This document shows positions 36,506 to 49,998 of a stretch of 64,000 bases of DNA, piece after piece; position 1 is the stretch's first letter, and every line of letters starts with the position of its first letter. The notes under the pieces are model-generated. The model saw nothing but the letters and a program-made list of their open reading frames with translations, was not told where the DNA came from and did not search any database. Source of the DNA: Octopus vulgaris (taxonomy: Eukaryota); NCBI GenBank assembly GCA_951406725.2, contig OX597818.1, positions 73,780,001 through 73,844,000 of the forward strand, in the 5' to 3' direction. The translations under genes were made by a program, and so were the position numbers.

Positions 36506-36978
36506 TGATTAATTAATGATTTTTTGGCTAATTCTGAAATTAAATCAGCAGTTTATATATGCTGCTGAGAAGTTGGCGCGGTGACGGTAGATTTTGAAAA
36601 TTTAGAATATATATTCTCGAGGCGTCGATGCTGTCGCCTCGTGGATATATATTTCCCTGGCTTCTTTGCTGACGATACAGGCCAGTGGCAAATAGATATA
36701 ATTTAATTTAATTTAATCGGTTTTCCAATATGTATGTCTAAACTATGCATAGTCCAAAAATGATAAGGGTAAATGTTTTTATTTTCCTTTGGTTTCTGAA
36801 TTACAACTATTTAGCGGTTTGAGTTTAGCTGCTCTTTCTAGCGGATCGAATGGCCTATCAAGGCCATTCCTTAATATTGTTGAATGTATATTATATAGTC
36901 TGTTGACTATTTTTTCTTTCTCACTGGACCGCTGGTAGCAAAAAATTTCTCTTGAATTTTTTGCTATCCTGATATTGA

Positions 36979-36985
<7 letters not shown>
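36500..36985 (+). mobile_element. Diverged unit-length copy of the 488 bp hammerhead family
   Basis: Colinear with 13670-14169 (ttggcgcg, tgaaaattt, cgaggc...gcctcgtg, gggtaaatgttttt, ccgctggt.gcaaaaaa, tattgattaat). Hammerhead at 36663-36760: tctttg CTGACGA...TAAA CTATGCATAG TC caaaaa. (TA)n on both sides. Confidence 0.85.
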
Positions 36986-37058
<73 letters not shown>

Positions 37059-37298
37059 TATATATATGTACATATGCATTGAGTACTCCTCCAATGATTG
37101 CTCTTAAATACCACTATGCAGAAAAACAGCTACGTTACTGAAACGAATAAAAGATAAAATATATGATACATAGAAATATTGGCAGTTAGTCGTTTCTTTT
37201 CATCGAGTGACCATTGTTCTCACGAATGTTACACTTTCTCTCACTACATACCATTCAAAATTCCAAACTTGAATTATGAATATATATATATATATATG

Positions 37299-37350
<52 letters not shown>

Positions 37351-37389
37351 AAAATGTGAGAGAGAAAGATATAGAAAGAGAGAGAGAGA

Positions 37390-37446
<57 letters not shown>

Positions 37447-37460
37447 AGGAAAGAAAGTAA

Positions 37461-37492
<32 letters not shown>
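37390..37492. repeat. (AAAG)n microsatellite
   Basis: Directly visible. Confidence 0.95.
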
Positions 37493-38004
37493 AAAAGGAG
37501 GTAAGAAAGGAAAAAATAACGAAACTGTCTTTCAGAAGTAATGCCTGATACTCGCCTAAGTTTTCAAAGAGTGAAAGTAGTATCAGAGAAGAACACATGA
37601 TGATATCTCTGTACATTTTTTTTCTTGTTTGCATATTTCGTTTTAAGCTACTTTCCAGGAAAGCAGACATATAATAGAATCAATATTTGTTTATAATTAC
37701 TATTCTTCGACAGATTCGTGGAAACAGCAAGCGTATATTCAAGAGAAAATAAATATAAGGATACAACTTTCGAAGGAACTATGGAAAAAGTAAAAAATAT
37801 TACGAAACATTTAACTGCGAAGACTCTCAATGAAATTGTACATTTACTTGCATTACTCTGACAATCGTTATATCATATATAAGAGGTGAAAATCAAAGGA
37901 AAATGTGATTCTCTCTCTCCCTATTTCTCGTTCTCCCCATCTCTCTCCCCGTTTCCTTCCTTAATCCTCTGTCTCTCTATTTCTCTCCTTCTTTCTCTGT
38001 CTCC

Positions 38005-38041
<37 letters not shown>

Positions 38042-38045
38042 CATA

Positions 38046-38077
<32 letters not shown>

Positions 38078-38148
38078 ATACATATAAATATGCATACTAC
38101 ATACATACACACATATATATATATACAAATGCATATATATATAAATAT

Positions 38149-38193
<45 letters not shown>

Positions 38194-39061
38194 CACACAC
38201 ACAAACATACACACACACATATATATGCTTACTCTTGCGCGTCCGAGGTCGTTGTGAATTCTTGGTAGGGAAGAAGAAGAAGAAGAAGAAGAAGAAGAAG
38301 AAGAAGAAGAAGAAGAAGAAGAAGAAGAAGAAGAAGAATGCAGGAGTACCATGATTGTATATTAAATGGTCAAGTGTCCTGAACGTGACACATTGTGGAT
38401 GGTAGTAGTGATTGAATTCCTGAAACATCTCTTTTGAATGGCTTGTTTATAAAATTTGCGTAGGTGTTATCCCAAACAGCAATAGTGATAAAGCTAGGAA
38501 GGAGGTGGCGGAGAGGAAGAAGATGAAGAGAAAGATGAAGAAGAAAGAGAAGGGAGAATAAGAAGGAATGTCGGTAGTATAATAGCAGTAAGGTGTTAAA
38601 TGGTCAAGTGACTTAAAATTGGCACGTTATGGATTATAGCAGTGCCTGGAACTGTTTTTTAATGGATTCTTGGGAATCTCTTGAGTGTATCATTTTTAAT
38701 ATTTGCGTCTGTGGCCCATAAGAAAAAATGTAAGAGACCTAATATCTCATTTGTAAGGTCATTGTGTTATTTTTGGTAAGAGGCTTGGGCCTCATTGTAA
38801 GGACTTTGTGCCCAATGGAACATAAGTAAGAGTTTTATTACCACAAATTGTGTGTTTTGTAAAAGAACAATGATTTAGAGAAGCAGCGATGGGCGGACGT
38901 CGTCTGCCTTCTCTCATTAATGCCATCATTCATCTCATTAATGTTATTGTCCAGCCCTCAGCTACTACTTCTATGTAATGCCTTGATCGCAAATTGAATA
39001 AAATAAAGAAGCTTTTTTTCCTAACCATATGGCTCAGGGTTCAGTCCCACTGCGTGGAATG

Positions 39062-39115
<54 letters not shown>

Positions 39116-39291
39116 TATACTAGCAGAGGCACTCGGCGTCGCCCGAGAATGAAAATTTTCCTTACATGTAGGATGAAAAGACGAAATATTTTGTATAGAA
39201 ATTTCTTATTCGAAGTTGCATTTCTTCTTCAATTGGGATACAATTTATACTTTAATTCGGAAATCAATTCTGAATTCATAATGCAAAATAT

Positions 39292-39293
39292 TA

Positions 39294-39354
<61 letters not shown>

Positions 39355-39389
39355 TAATAATGATGATAATAATAATAATAATAATGATG

Positions 39390-39442
<53 letters not shown>

Positions 39443-39508
39443 GATAATAATAATAATAATAATAATGATCATGATAATGATAATAATAATAATGATAATA
39501 ATAATAAC

Positions 39509-39603
<95 letters not shown>

Positions 39604-39613
39604 TAATAACAAC

Positions 39614-39685
<72 letters not shown>

Positions 39686-39763
39686 AAGAAGAAGAAGAAG
39701 AAGAAGAAGAAGAAGAAGAAGAAGAAGAAGAAGAAGAAGAAGAAGAAGAAGAAGAAGAAGAAG
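39292..39763. repeat. Compound (AAT/GAT)n-(AAG)n microsatellite, about 470 bp
   Basis: Directly visible; source of the poly-N/K/I/R ORFs. Confidence 0.97.
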
Positions 39764-39889
39764 CGGAAATACAAAATTTACTACTATGAAAGGAGATAAA
39801 TTGTACCACGTATGTTGAAGGAAATTATGTAAGAAGTTCTGGGTAAACAACATTCTTCGTTTTCTGGTTTGGAGCATAGACAAATAAGT

Positions 39890-41050
39890 CTTGCAAACTA
39901 CTTACCCTGGAGCAACCAATTTAAAGCTGACCACAAGAAAAGCTAGCCAGTAGATTTTAAAACTGACCTTGAGCTTTATTAATAGACTTTGCAAAGCAAA
40001 GTCACACTGGGAATTACGTTCGTTTGAACTCAAATGGTACATCTGTTGGTTTGATTGGAATTCTTGGAATGAAAACCCCTTCCCCGGGGGTACGTCCAGT
40101 GATGATGGTAGCTTCTGTCACGTTAGGTGATAATGTCTTCACAATCAACCTTGTCTCATTGCATAATGTAGGAAGATCTAAATTTCTTAGAAGCATTATT
40201 ATGATTCCTACCTTCAGAAAAATTTATGTGGAGGAATTCCAGTTGGTGCAAGAGATTTAAGGAACTCTGTTGGGAAATGGACAGCTTGATTTTCACCAAA
40301 GACTCAACTGATTTGTGCTTCTTAATGACTGTTGGAATCTTATTCATTAATTCATGGTTAATACTTGCTACTGTCTCATATTTTTGAATAAGAATTGCCC
40401 TTTCACACAACCATTTATGTGAATTATAATTATGACTTAAATCTGTCAATACATTGTTCCTCAATTCAGCTGGGGAATTCACCATGATAGCAATATGAGC
40501 AAAACAGATATTACTATTGGTACTTTCCTATTTCCTAATTGGAGGAGCCAGGTTGAAAAGTGTTTTGTACATTGGTCTCCATGTAATAAAGCTCGCACGT
40601 TAGTATTGAAGCAGAATTTCAGTACTTTATTCCATAGGAGTGAAGACTTAATGCATTTATTTCATCAGATCTTGCTAATATCAGAATGACTGGTAATGTC
40701 TGTCTGAAGTCTCCTGATAAAACTAATGTCACTCCTCCCATAGATTTATTGTCGCGTCTGATGTCCTGTAAGGAATTACCAAGAACTTCCAGTGCACCTC
40801 TATGTGACATGGTACATTCATCCCAAATGATAAGGTGACATTGGCACAACACTTCTGCTGAACCTGAATCTTTACTTATGTTACAAACTGGACTGTAACT
40901 TGCGACCAGGTTTAGTAGTAATTTAAAAGCAGAATGAGCTGTTCCTCTTCCTGGGAGAATAGTGGCAGCAAAGCCAGACAATAGTACAGCAAACACAATT
41001 TTTTGTTGCCTTACCTTGGAGAGATGCAATGTGACAAATGTCAAGGAAGA
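39890..41050 (-). pseudogene. Helitron Pif1-family helicase fragments
   Basis: SG.AATILPG..TAHSAFKL, IIWDECTM.H, GG..LVLSGDFRQTLPVI, ERAIL, MLLRNLD...LCNETRL, VFIPRIP..P.D.PF.FKR; frameshifted. Confidence 0.92.
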
Positions 41051-41096
41051 AAATTCCCTTGCGTTTTTCTGACGAATGTGGAACGCAGCAAGCACA

Positions 41097-41140
<44 letters not shown>

Positions 41141-41983
41141 AGGATACATATACATGCAGTATCAAAAATCAGATAAAATGGACGTGTGTGTGAGAGAGAG
41201 ATGGAGAGAGAGAGAGAGAGAGAGGGATCGTGTATAATGGTGTGATGTCATGTACACGTACATACATAAATAAATAGGCATACATCTTGATAATATGTGT
41301 GCGTGTGTAAAACAGAGAGAGAGAGAGGGGGAGTGTCACTTAGACATTACACTCTCACTCTCTCTCTCACATACAAACATACATACATATGTATTTATAG
41401 GTGTACCTATTCTTGAAATCACACCCCTTCACTCACTCACACATACACACACATACATAAATGTATATAAACGTACATTAAAAAACACACGTGTGCGTGT
41501 GTGACTGCCTACAAATACATAGAGCTGAACACGGCGTGAAAAGGAAAATAAATAAAAAATAGACAAATAATGAACGAGATGGACATAAATAAAAGCACGT
41601 TTAAATAAAGAGGAGCAAGTTAAAGCTATCTCGTACCGTATATTTAAATTTGTGAAATAATTTTTTTCAGTAATTTATCGTTAGCTGTTTAAAAATAGAG
41701 AATAAAAACTTGGAATGAAAGCATTAATATTAGGCAGGGACAGAGTTCAATGTTTTTACATCAATACTGTATGTTGACATTGCGACACCTCTTTAAAGAA
41801 GTGAATCATAAATATAAAGCAATATTTTATATTTTTAATAACAAAAATCAAGTTGTGAGCCTATGATTTGTCCAAGGTGGAATTATTCATGCGTCACAAG
41901 TATGGAAGCAATTGATGAAGCCGTTTTCGCGTGAAAAGAGAATACACACACATCTCTACTTTATATAATATTAGAATATTAGA

Positions 41984-42094
<111 letters not shown>

Positions 42095-42099
42095 GATAT

Positions 42100-42137
<38 letters not shown>

Positions 42138-42139
42138 TT

Positions 42140-42345
42140 TTGTGTATTTGTCCCACCCAAATATCGCTTGAGAACCGATGTCGTTGTGTTTATGTCCCAG
42201 TAACTTAACGGTTCGGCAAAAGCGCTAGATAGAATAAGTACAAGGCTTACAAAGAATATCTTTTGGAGTCGATTTGCTCGCCTGAAGGCGTTGCTTCAGC
42301 ATGGCTGCAGTCAAATGATTGAAACAAGTAAATGAATCAAAGAAT
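42140..42345 (+). mobile_element. SINE family B 3' half
   Basis: atcgcttgagaaccgatg...gtaacttaacggttcggcaaaa...gatagaataagtac...cagcatggctgcagtcaaatgattgaaacaagtaa. Confidence 0.8.
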
Positions 42346-42363
42346 ACATATATATGTATATAC

Positions 42364-42411
<48 letters not shown>

Positions 42412-42810
42412 AAAATACCGTGTACATTAAAACACATTAAGAAGCTTCCATCATAGGAATGCCTTGCGCTAGAAAGAACAGTTAAATACCAATCCACTAA
42501 TTAAGGATAAATTCTCGAAGGGAAGGAAAAATAAAAACATTTAGTATCTAATTAAATTCCCGGACCATGGTTTCTGACTGATTCAGTAGGATAAAATTTT
42601 ACTGAAATAAGTTAGAAACCATGGTCCGGGAATTTAATTAGATGGTAAATGTTTTTATTTTTCCTTCCATTCGAGAATTTATCCTTAATTGGTGGCTTGG
42701 TCTTTAACTGTTCTTTCTAGTGCAAGGCATTCCTATGATGGAAGACTCTTAATGTGTTTTAATGTACCCGGTATTTTATATGAATAATATATAGTCTATT
42801 GACTAAATCT
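42412..42810 (+). mobile_element. Fold-back remnant of the 488 bp family, centred on hammerhead stem II
   Basis: Arms 42412-42575 and 42614-42777. The right arm starts GAAA CCATGG TC cgggaa and shares ggtaaatgtttttatttt, tctttctag, aagg(c)cattcct and tatagtct.ttgacta with the 36500 and 13764 copies. Confidence 0.8.
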
Positions 42811-42983
42811 TTTACGCTAGACAATTGGAAGTAAAAATTTCTATATTTTTTATTACCCTGATATTATTTATATATATACATATACGTATACACACGCGCG
42901 CACGCATACACACACACACACACACAAATATATATGCATATATATGTATGTATTCATGTATATATGTACCTATATATATTATT

Positions 42984-43032
<49 letters not shown>

Positions 43033-43049
43033 ATGGGGGGGGGCGTGTG

Positions 43050-43670
43050 TGTGTCGTTACATAAAGCAATCATCCCATCACACAGAACATTTTCATCCAT
43101 CACATATGTATTTACTCGATCCGTTGACGTCAGGAGACGTTGAAAGGCTATATAATTTTGAACTGTTTGTGACTCTTTAGTCAAGGGTACCTCCTGATCA
43201 TTGGAACTTTACAAGAGAAGTGACAATCAGTTGTCGAATCATGGCTATTATATGGCAGTGAAACATGGACACTGACAAAGTAATTATCAAATTATCAAAT
43301 GTACTAAATGGATGCTATACAAGGATGTTACCCATGGCCCTAAATGTAAAATGGAAGCAACATATGACAAATAAATGCCTTTATTGAGACCTGCCGAAAG
43401 TTAGCGAGAGGATCAGAGAAAGACGTATGTGACTACTTGGTCACTGGTGGCGCCATTCTGAACTGGAAACATCCAAATTAGTCATTTGGAACCCACTTTA
43501 TGGTGATGTAAAAAGTGGAAAACGTCGTCACACTTACATCGACAACTTGATTGCAGACACTGGGCTGGAATGTATTCAGGACATCAAGGCAGTGATTACG
43601 GACCGAGAAGTGTGGCGGGTAGAAATTGCTAGTACAGCCCGGGTTGGAACCCGGCAATAATAATAAAAAT
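43050..43670 (+). mobile_element. RTE-type LINE 3' end, degenerate
   Basis: YGSETWTLT, GCYTRML.MALNVKWKQHMTNK, LPKVSERIRERRM, GH..RH, TYID, DREVW; short AAT tail. Confidence 0.75.
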
Positions 43671-44104
43671 AATTTGATATCCAATAAATTACTTTGTGGT
43701 ATATGGTATTATCTGCAAACTAACAATAAATAGTCACGTGTACGCAGAACAGCAAATTCCAAAACAATGATGCAGACATTTTAGTAAGTTCGGACGTTTT
43801 AGAGTGTCTGAATAAATTTATGTGCTGCAAATATTAGTGGGTGGCGGGTGGTGAGCTGATATAATTGTTGGGGCGTCTGAAGTAATGCTTTAGCTTCTTA
43901 TTTCATTTAATATTTTTCTTTTAATTTCGGTTTTGTTTTTTTTCTTTTCTTTCATTTTTTGTTACTGAATTGAAATCTCTCAGAGTTCAGTAAACAATAC
44001 CTTTCATTATTTCTAGGTGGATATGATAAAGTACCAGTGAAGTGCGAGGATCTATGTTGCTGAAAACTGCCATTCCGACCTATCAAAGTTTTAAAACAAG
44101 TGTG

Positions 44105-44490
44105 GAAGGTAGTAAGAAGTATGGTTCCTATCCACATGGTTTCAGGTCCAGTCCCACGACGTGGCATCTTGGGTAAGTGTCTTCTACTAAACCATCGTAC
44201 GGACTAATACCTTGTGAGTGCATTCAGAAGACGGAGAATGAAAGAAATCCGTCGTATATATATGTGTGTGTGTCTGTGCATGTGTCTATATATGTGCGTA
44301 TCTTTGTGTATGTGTTTGTACCCCACCAAAGATTAACAATCGGCGTTACTGTGTATACATCCCAGTAATTCAGCGGCAGGGGAATAAAGAAACAATAGAA
44401 TAAGTACCAGGCTGAAAAATGTGTATGTACTGGGATCGATAATTTCGACTAAAATCCTTCAAAACTACAGTATGGCCGCAGTATAAAGAA
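44105..44490 (+). mobile_element. SINE family B, near full length
   Basis: ggtagtaagaag...ccacatggtttcaggtccagtcccacgacgtggcatcttgggtaagtgtcttctacta...aatagaataagtaccaggct...atggccgcagt. Confidence 0.75.
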
Positions 44491-44847
44491 GGAAGGTTAC
44501 TAGTTTTAGAATATAGAATAGATATCATAATGTCGTAGTGACATATTTTCAAAACCTGAGTGCTGTGATACACATTTTAACACTCGATCCCATTTGCGAG
44601 GTAAAATACTTTCAATAAAGAATAAGTTTTTGATGGAGATGGCCTTAGAGAAAATCATAATTGATTTTTCTCTCTGTCCATATGTACAAACACTCACAAA
44701 CACATGCTAATGTGCATATACACATATATACATGTATTTAATGATATAAACATTCTCACACCTGTGCATATTTATACACATATATGCTCAGATGCATACA
44801 TGCGTATATATATGTATATATAAAGATATATATACACTCGTATATGA

Positions 44848-44893
<46 letters not shown>

Positions 44894-45669
44894 GCAGAAT
44901 ACATTCTTGTACATACGTGTGTATATGTTATGTTTATACGTATGCATATATATGTATGTATGTATATATGTATGTATGCATATATGTATTCATGTACGGC
45001 CATCTTTATATGTCTATATATCTTTGTGTGTGTGTGTATCTTTGTAATCAACGTTCCTTAAGTAATTTATGACAGTGGTGCGTAGCTTCATTGCGGAATT
45101 TCAAAAATATGACACTAACGTTGACATTTTTAGTGAGATGTGTTAAAGATTTATAATGTAAAATCCCTTTGCGACAAGTCTCTCATTCCAGGATAAATGA
45201 AGGAAAATATTGCATGCATTATATATGTAATATGGGACTGGTTAGATGAATTTCGAAAATACTGTGTTAATATTCTTGTGTTTACTGGAAATATGCTCCT
45301 TCTTCAAATTACAATATTTTCGATGTGTTCTAAAATCAATATATTTCTGCATATGAATATACCTTGAATTTCAAGGAACGGCTGCAGTTGAGAGTGCTTG
45401 TTCGAAGTTTTACTGTTCAGCTCTCCTCATTTAATTATATAATATGCTACTTTCAAACTTACACACACAGACACATACACACATACACACACATGTATTT
45501 ATATATATACATTCATATATATATATATATACACACATATATATACGTATATATATACATACATATATATATATCATATATATACATATACATACATATA
45601 TACATATATATATGTGTGTATGTATGTATGTATGTATGTATGTATGTATGTATGTATATGTATGCATTC

Positions 45670-46030
45670 GATATATTTGGAGATATTTTCAATTGTTGTA
45701 GCCCTCCATCCTTTATGTGAACCTCCATAGACGTCCTCTAATAGGAAGATGTTCAGGATTTTTGTCATAGCCTCCGTCGTCTTCTTCATCAGCTTGGAAA
45801 ACAAGCAAAACTGATGCGCAACAATATTTTCATTGTTATGAGTGTGAGGGACACATCTCTGTCAAGATGGATTTGCTAACTTTTATATTATCCTGGTGCT
45901 GTTCCTCTGGCTTCTTTCGACGAAATTTCTCTTTATCTTCTTCAAAGTTTCCTAAACATTGCTCAGTATGTGATCGGGGGTTACGAATAGGTACAGATGA
46001 AGCCCTTGTTCTCGGAAAAGGAGTTCACCA
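45670..46030 (-). pseudogene. mariner transposase C-terminal fragment
   Basis: FRRKKP..QHQDN and [17 protein letters not shown] resemble the mariner HQDN and C-terminal helices; heavily decayed. Confidence 0.55.
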
Positions 46031-46671
46031 CGAATCTCCCTTTGCTTGACCTGATATCCATGCAAGAAATATATGCAGATCATATCAGTTAATCCCAAAG
46101 TATTCTGGTACAATTCATAAGTTTCTTAGCTCTTCTGCCCAGTTTAACAGAAAATTTATTGCGTAGCTAGCTTCTGATTTGCCTTCATATATATAAGATG
46201 GACAGGAATAATAAGTTGGAAGGGGAAAAATTTGTTATATACAGTAACGATATCAACTTATTCGCAAGTCGTGTGATAAGAATATCAATCTACACATATC
46301 GCTTTGAGAGAAATGGTCGACCTACAAACTCAAAGGTAGTATCAAATTTGGAAAGTGTCACCGAAATCCGTTGACGTCCCATAATATATGTGAATTACGG
46401 CGGTGGTATCCATGTTGAAATATTACATATGTAGATGAATACTGCATTTATGGAGAGTGCCCACTAAAGTATGTTCTTTTATATTTGTTCTTTTACTAGC
46501 AGTTCATTTTCTAATAGCCATCAACGAACTCCAGCAATCAAGTCATTCCAATAATTTCTACATTCGGTAATCTGAGTCTAAACCAGTCAGGTCTTTTCTT
46601 AGGGGCTTGCAAAACTTGAAGCACCATGAAGCTTAATCAATCTCTTTTAAATTGTGTGTGTGTGTGGGGGG

Positions 46672-46713
<42 letters not shown>

Positions 46714-47266
46714 AATACAGAACCAAGAGAGCTAGTAATAGTTTCATGATACGTTAAATGGACATACCTATAAAACACGCCATGTATTACCGAGCGATAT
46801 TCCACGCTCCGTTTATGCATTATATATATAATTTTAAAAAGTCGCTAGACAGTGAGTAAATTAAACACGTGAAACAAAAACGTGAAGCGGACTGATTGAC
46901 GTTTCCATTTTATGCAATCTACCAAGGAAGATAACCGCACAAAATAGTGATATTCGATAGTGAATCACATGTAAAGTTTACATAATTCATGATGTTTTAA
47001 TGGAAACACTTAAACATACTCTCTTCTTTTCTAGTCACGTGTATATAAAGGTATATGAATATATATTCCTGTACGTATATATACATACATATTTATATAT
47101 GTGTACATATATATGTAGGTATGTGTGTGCGTCCATGCCTGCGCGTTAGTGTTCCACTAGTTGTTATATATATATACACACACACGCACATACATACATA
47201 TATACATATATATGCATATATATGCATATATATGCATATATATATAAATATATGGAAACAACACAT

Positions 47267-47363
<97 letters not shown>

Positions 47364-47391
47364 AATATATATATGCACACATACATATACT

Positions 47392-47432
<41 letters not shown>

Positions 47433-48058
47433 GTGATCTAATGAAAGTGCTTCTCATAACCTCAGAATGACCAGAAAACTGTCTAGGAACATTTAAATGC
47501 TATAAAATTTTGCAGACAATAGATTTATCCATTTATTTAATTTGGCAACCTTTTAATATTTTTTTAGTTTCCATTTATTTACTTATCTTTTTATTTATTG
47601 CATCCATTTTGTTTCTTCAGAGATATATGCACAAATCACACAACCATTAAAAGTCAACTTTGACAATCACACAAATATTACAGTAAGTATTTTGGTATTT
47701 TGTCTGTGGCAGGTGGCCGCGATGGTGGGGCGTTTTGATTAGTTGTCTTTTGTTGTTGTTTCATATAAAGTATCTAGTGGATTTTGATCGGTTCATCTCT
47801 GTCATCACGATGTTAATGCAAAAAGTAAAATGAAAAAATGACAACTTTGTTAAAAGGAAACACGCACACTATTATAAACCCAAGCACGTAGGCCTGATAC
47901 ATGCATACACACATACATGTATACATTCATTATTTACTAAAATGCGTTTGTGATGCGCGTTTTATAATTGATTCCCTGATAATATTGCATGTGTGTGTGT
48001 ATAATATACGTATATGTGGGTGCCTGTGTATAATTGGTTTCTGGTATTATATATCCGT

Positions 48059-48169
<111 letters not shown>

Positions 48170-49689
48170 CATACATACACCAGCATATATCTGTATATTT
48201 ATGTTTAGCTCTATAGACAAAGATATAAAAAATCGATTAAAATGTTTTTATAAATACTTTGTGATTCTCTGAGTGTTTTTTTTTTTACAGAAATGATCAT
48301 ACACACGTATACATGTTTGTGGATTTTGTTTCTAGCGTGTGTGCGATTGTGTATGTGACGTGTGTATATGTGACTTATATTTAATATATGTATGTTTATC
48401 GTAACATACATATATCACTGTCAACTTCTGTATAAATGTTTTCGTCTCCAGCCAGTCTTATAATGCGGTACGTCTAATATTATGTGTTATGTACTGCATT
48501 GTGGCTACAATTTTACGATGTTCAGCTAGTATGCTTTGTGACTATATACATGTATATATATTTTTTCCCGTTCTTTTCCATGTAACAACCTATCGTTAGC
48601 TTAATCTCTCCATCCATATACTTCTCCATTTTCTTTTTATATTTAAGTATTCGTATTCGCATTTTCATTAGCATATATATCCACATACGCTCGCGCGCAC
48701 ACACGCATACGCACACACACATATATATGCGTGTATATATATATATATATGTACGTACATATACTTATCTATATATATGTGTGTGTGTGTGCGTGCGTGT
48801 GTGTGTGTGTCTGCTTGTGTGCATGCGTGCTCGTGATTGTGTACGTTTGTGTATTTTAACTGACCTAGAAAAGGAAAATAAGGAGAAAAAATATTCATAT
48901 CGTAGATTTGTTTCGTGTGCTTACTTACAGGTATATTACCAATTTACATAAATTTAAAGCAGAAACGTTGGGCCAGTTAGGTTTTCAAAGGATGTAGTAA
49001 CTAGAATTGACAAGCGCATTACTGGACGTATTCGACTTTAGCTTCCGAACCTTAAATGTAACAACAGTTTTAACTGATAAATAAACAAAGAACAAAAAGG
49101 CATACTTTCTGTAGAACTTCATTCTCATTCCTATTATTGATCATATTAGTTAATAATATTTAAATCTACCGTGTGAAACAAATAAATTCAGATTAAACAC
49201 CATGTTTCATGAATTGAACCGACAGCCTAATGATCTTGAAGAGAATGCACTAAATAATAAGCCACACTTGTCCATATTTAATGTTTCTATGTCCCTCGTA
49301 TACGTCTTAAAGGGTCATTGGGTATTAAATTCAAAATAAATTAATGAGCTATTTTTAGTTGTATTTTCATCATATTTTCTTTGCAATTATCAACGATATA
49401 ACCTAAAATGCAGTGGTATGATATACGTTGGCAAAAAAGCAAATGTATAATTTTAAATACATAATATACGCTTTCACTGATTCAATAAACACAGATCTTT
49501 AAATATTTATTTTATTGGATTAAAAACGGAGTTATTTTTCCAGTAAGATACATAACACTATAACCTGCAATAAAAACCCATTAATATGAAAGTCACGATC
49601 TAATTTTGTGACAAATAAAGACAGAACAAACGATTCACTGAAGCACAGAGTTTATACATATCGTCCACAGGACATCCTGTCCTTTTGTT

Positions 49690-49998
49690 TTTAGTTTTTA
49701 TGTGTTTCTGTCATTAAAATGTGGCCATGCTGGAGGACCGCCTTCAATTTTTAGTCGAATGAATCGACCTCAGTATTTACTTTTAAAGCCTGGTAACATA
49801 TGGTAACGAGCTCTTTTTGCTGGACCAAAAAGTTGCGGTGACGCAAATACACCAACATCGGATGTCGGGCGGTGATGGGAAACACACACATGCACGCACA
49901 CACACGTCCAAACACACACACACACACATATACATATACGACGGTCTCCTTTCAGTTTCTGTGTACCATATCCACTCAGAAGGCTTTGGTGGGCCTCG
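49690..49998 (-). mobile_element. SINE family B
   Basis: tgtggccatgctggaggaccgccttc...gtcgaatgaatcgacc...acaccaacatcgg...tttcagtttc...ccactca.aaggctttggt. Confidence 0.75.

Larger units (their letters stand above)
39120..41983 (-). mobile_element. Internally deleted Helitron
   Basis: 5' TC end (tctaatattctaatattatataaagtagagatgtgtgtgt...aaaacggct); 3' hairpin ctcgggcgacgccgag + CTAG at 39120-39123; helicase relics inside. Confidence 0.8.

Noticed and set aside
39149-39883. Long poly-N/K/I/R/L ORFs
   Set aside because: Translations of (AAT)n(AAG)n; the same applies to all [12 protein letters not shown] ORFs in the track.
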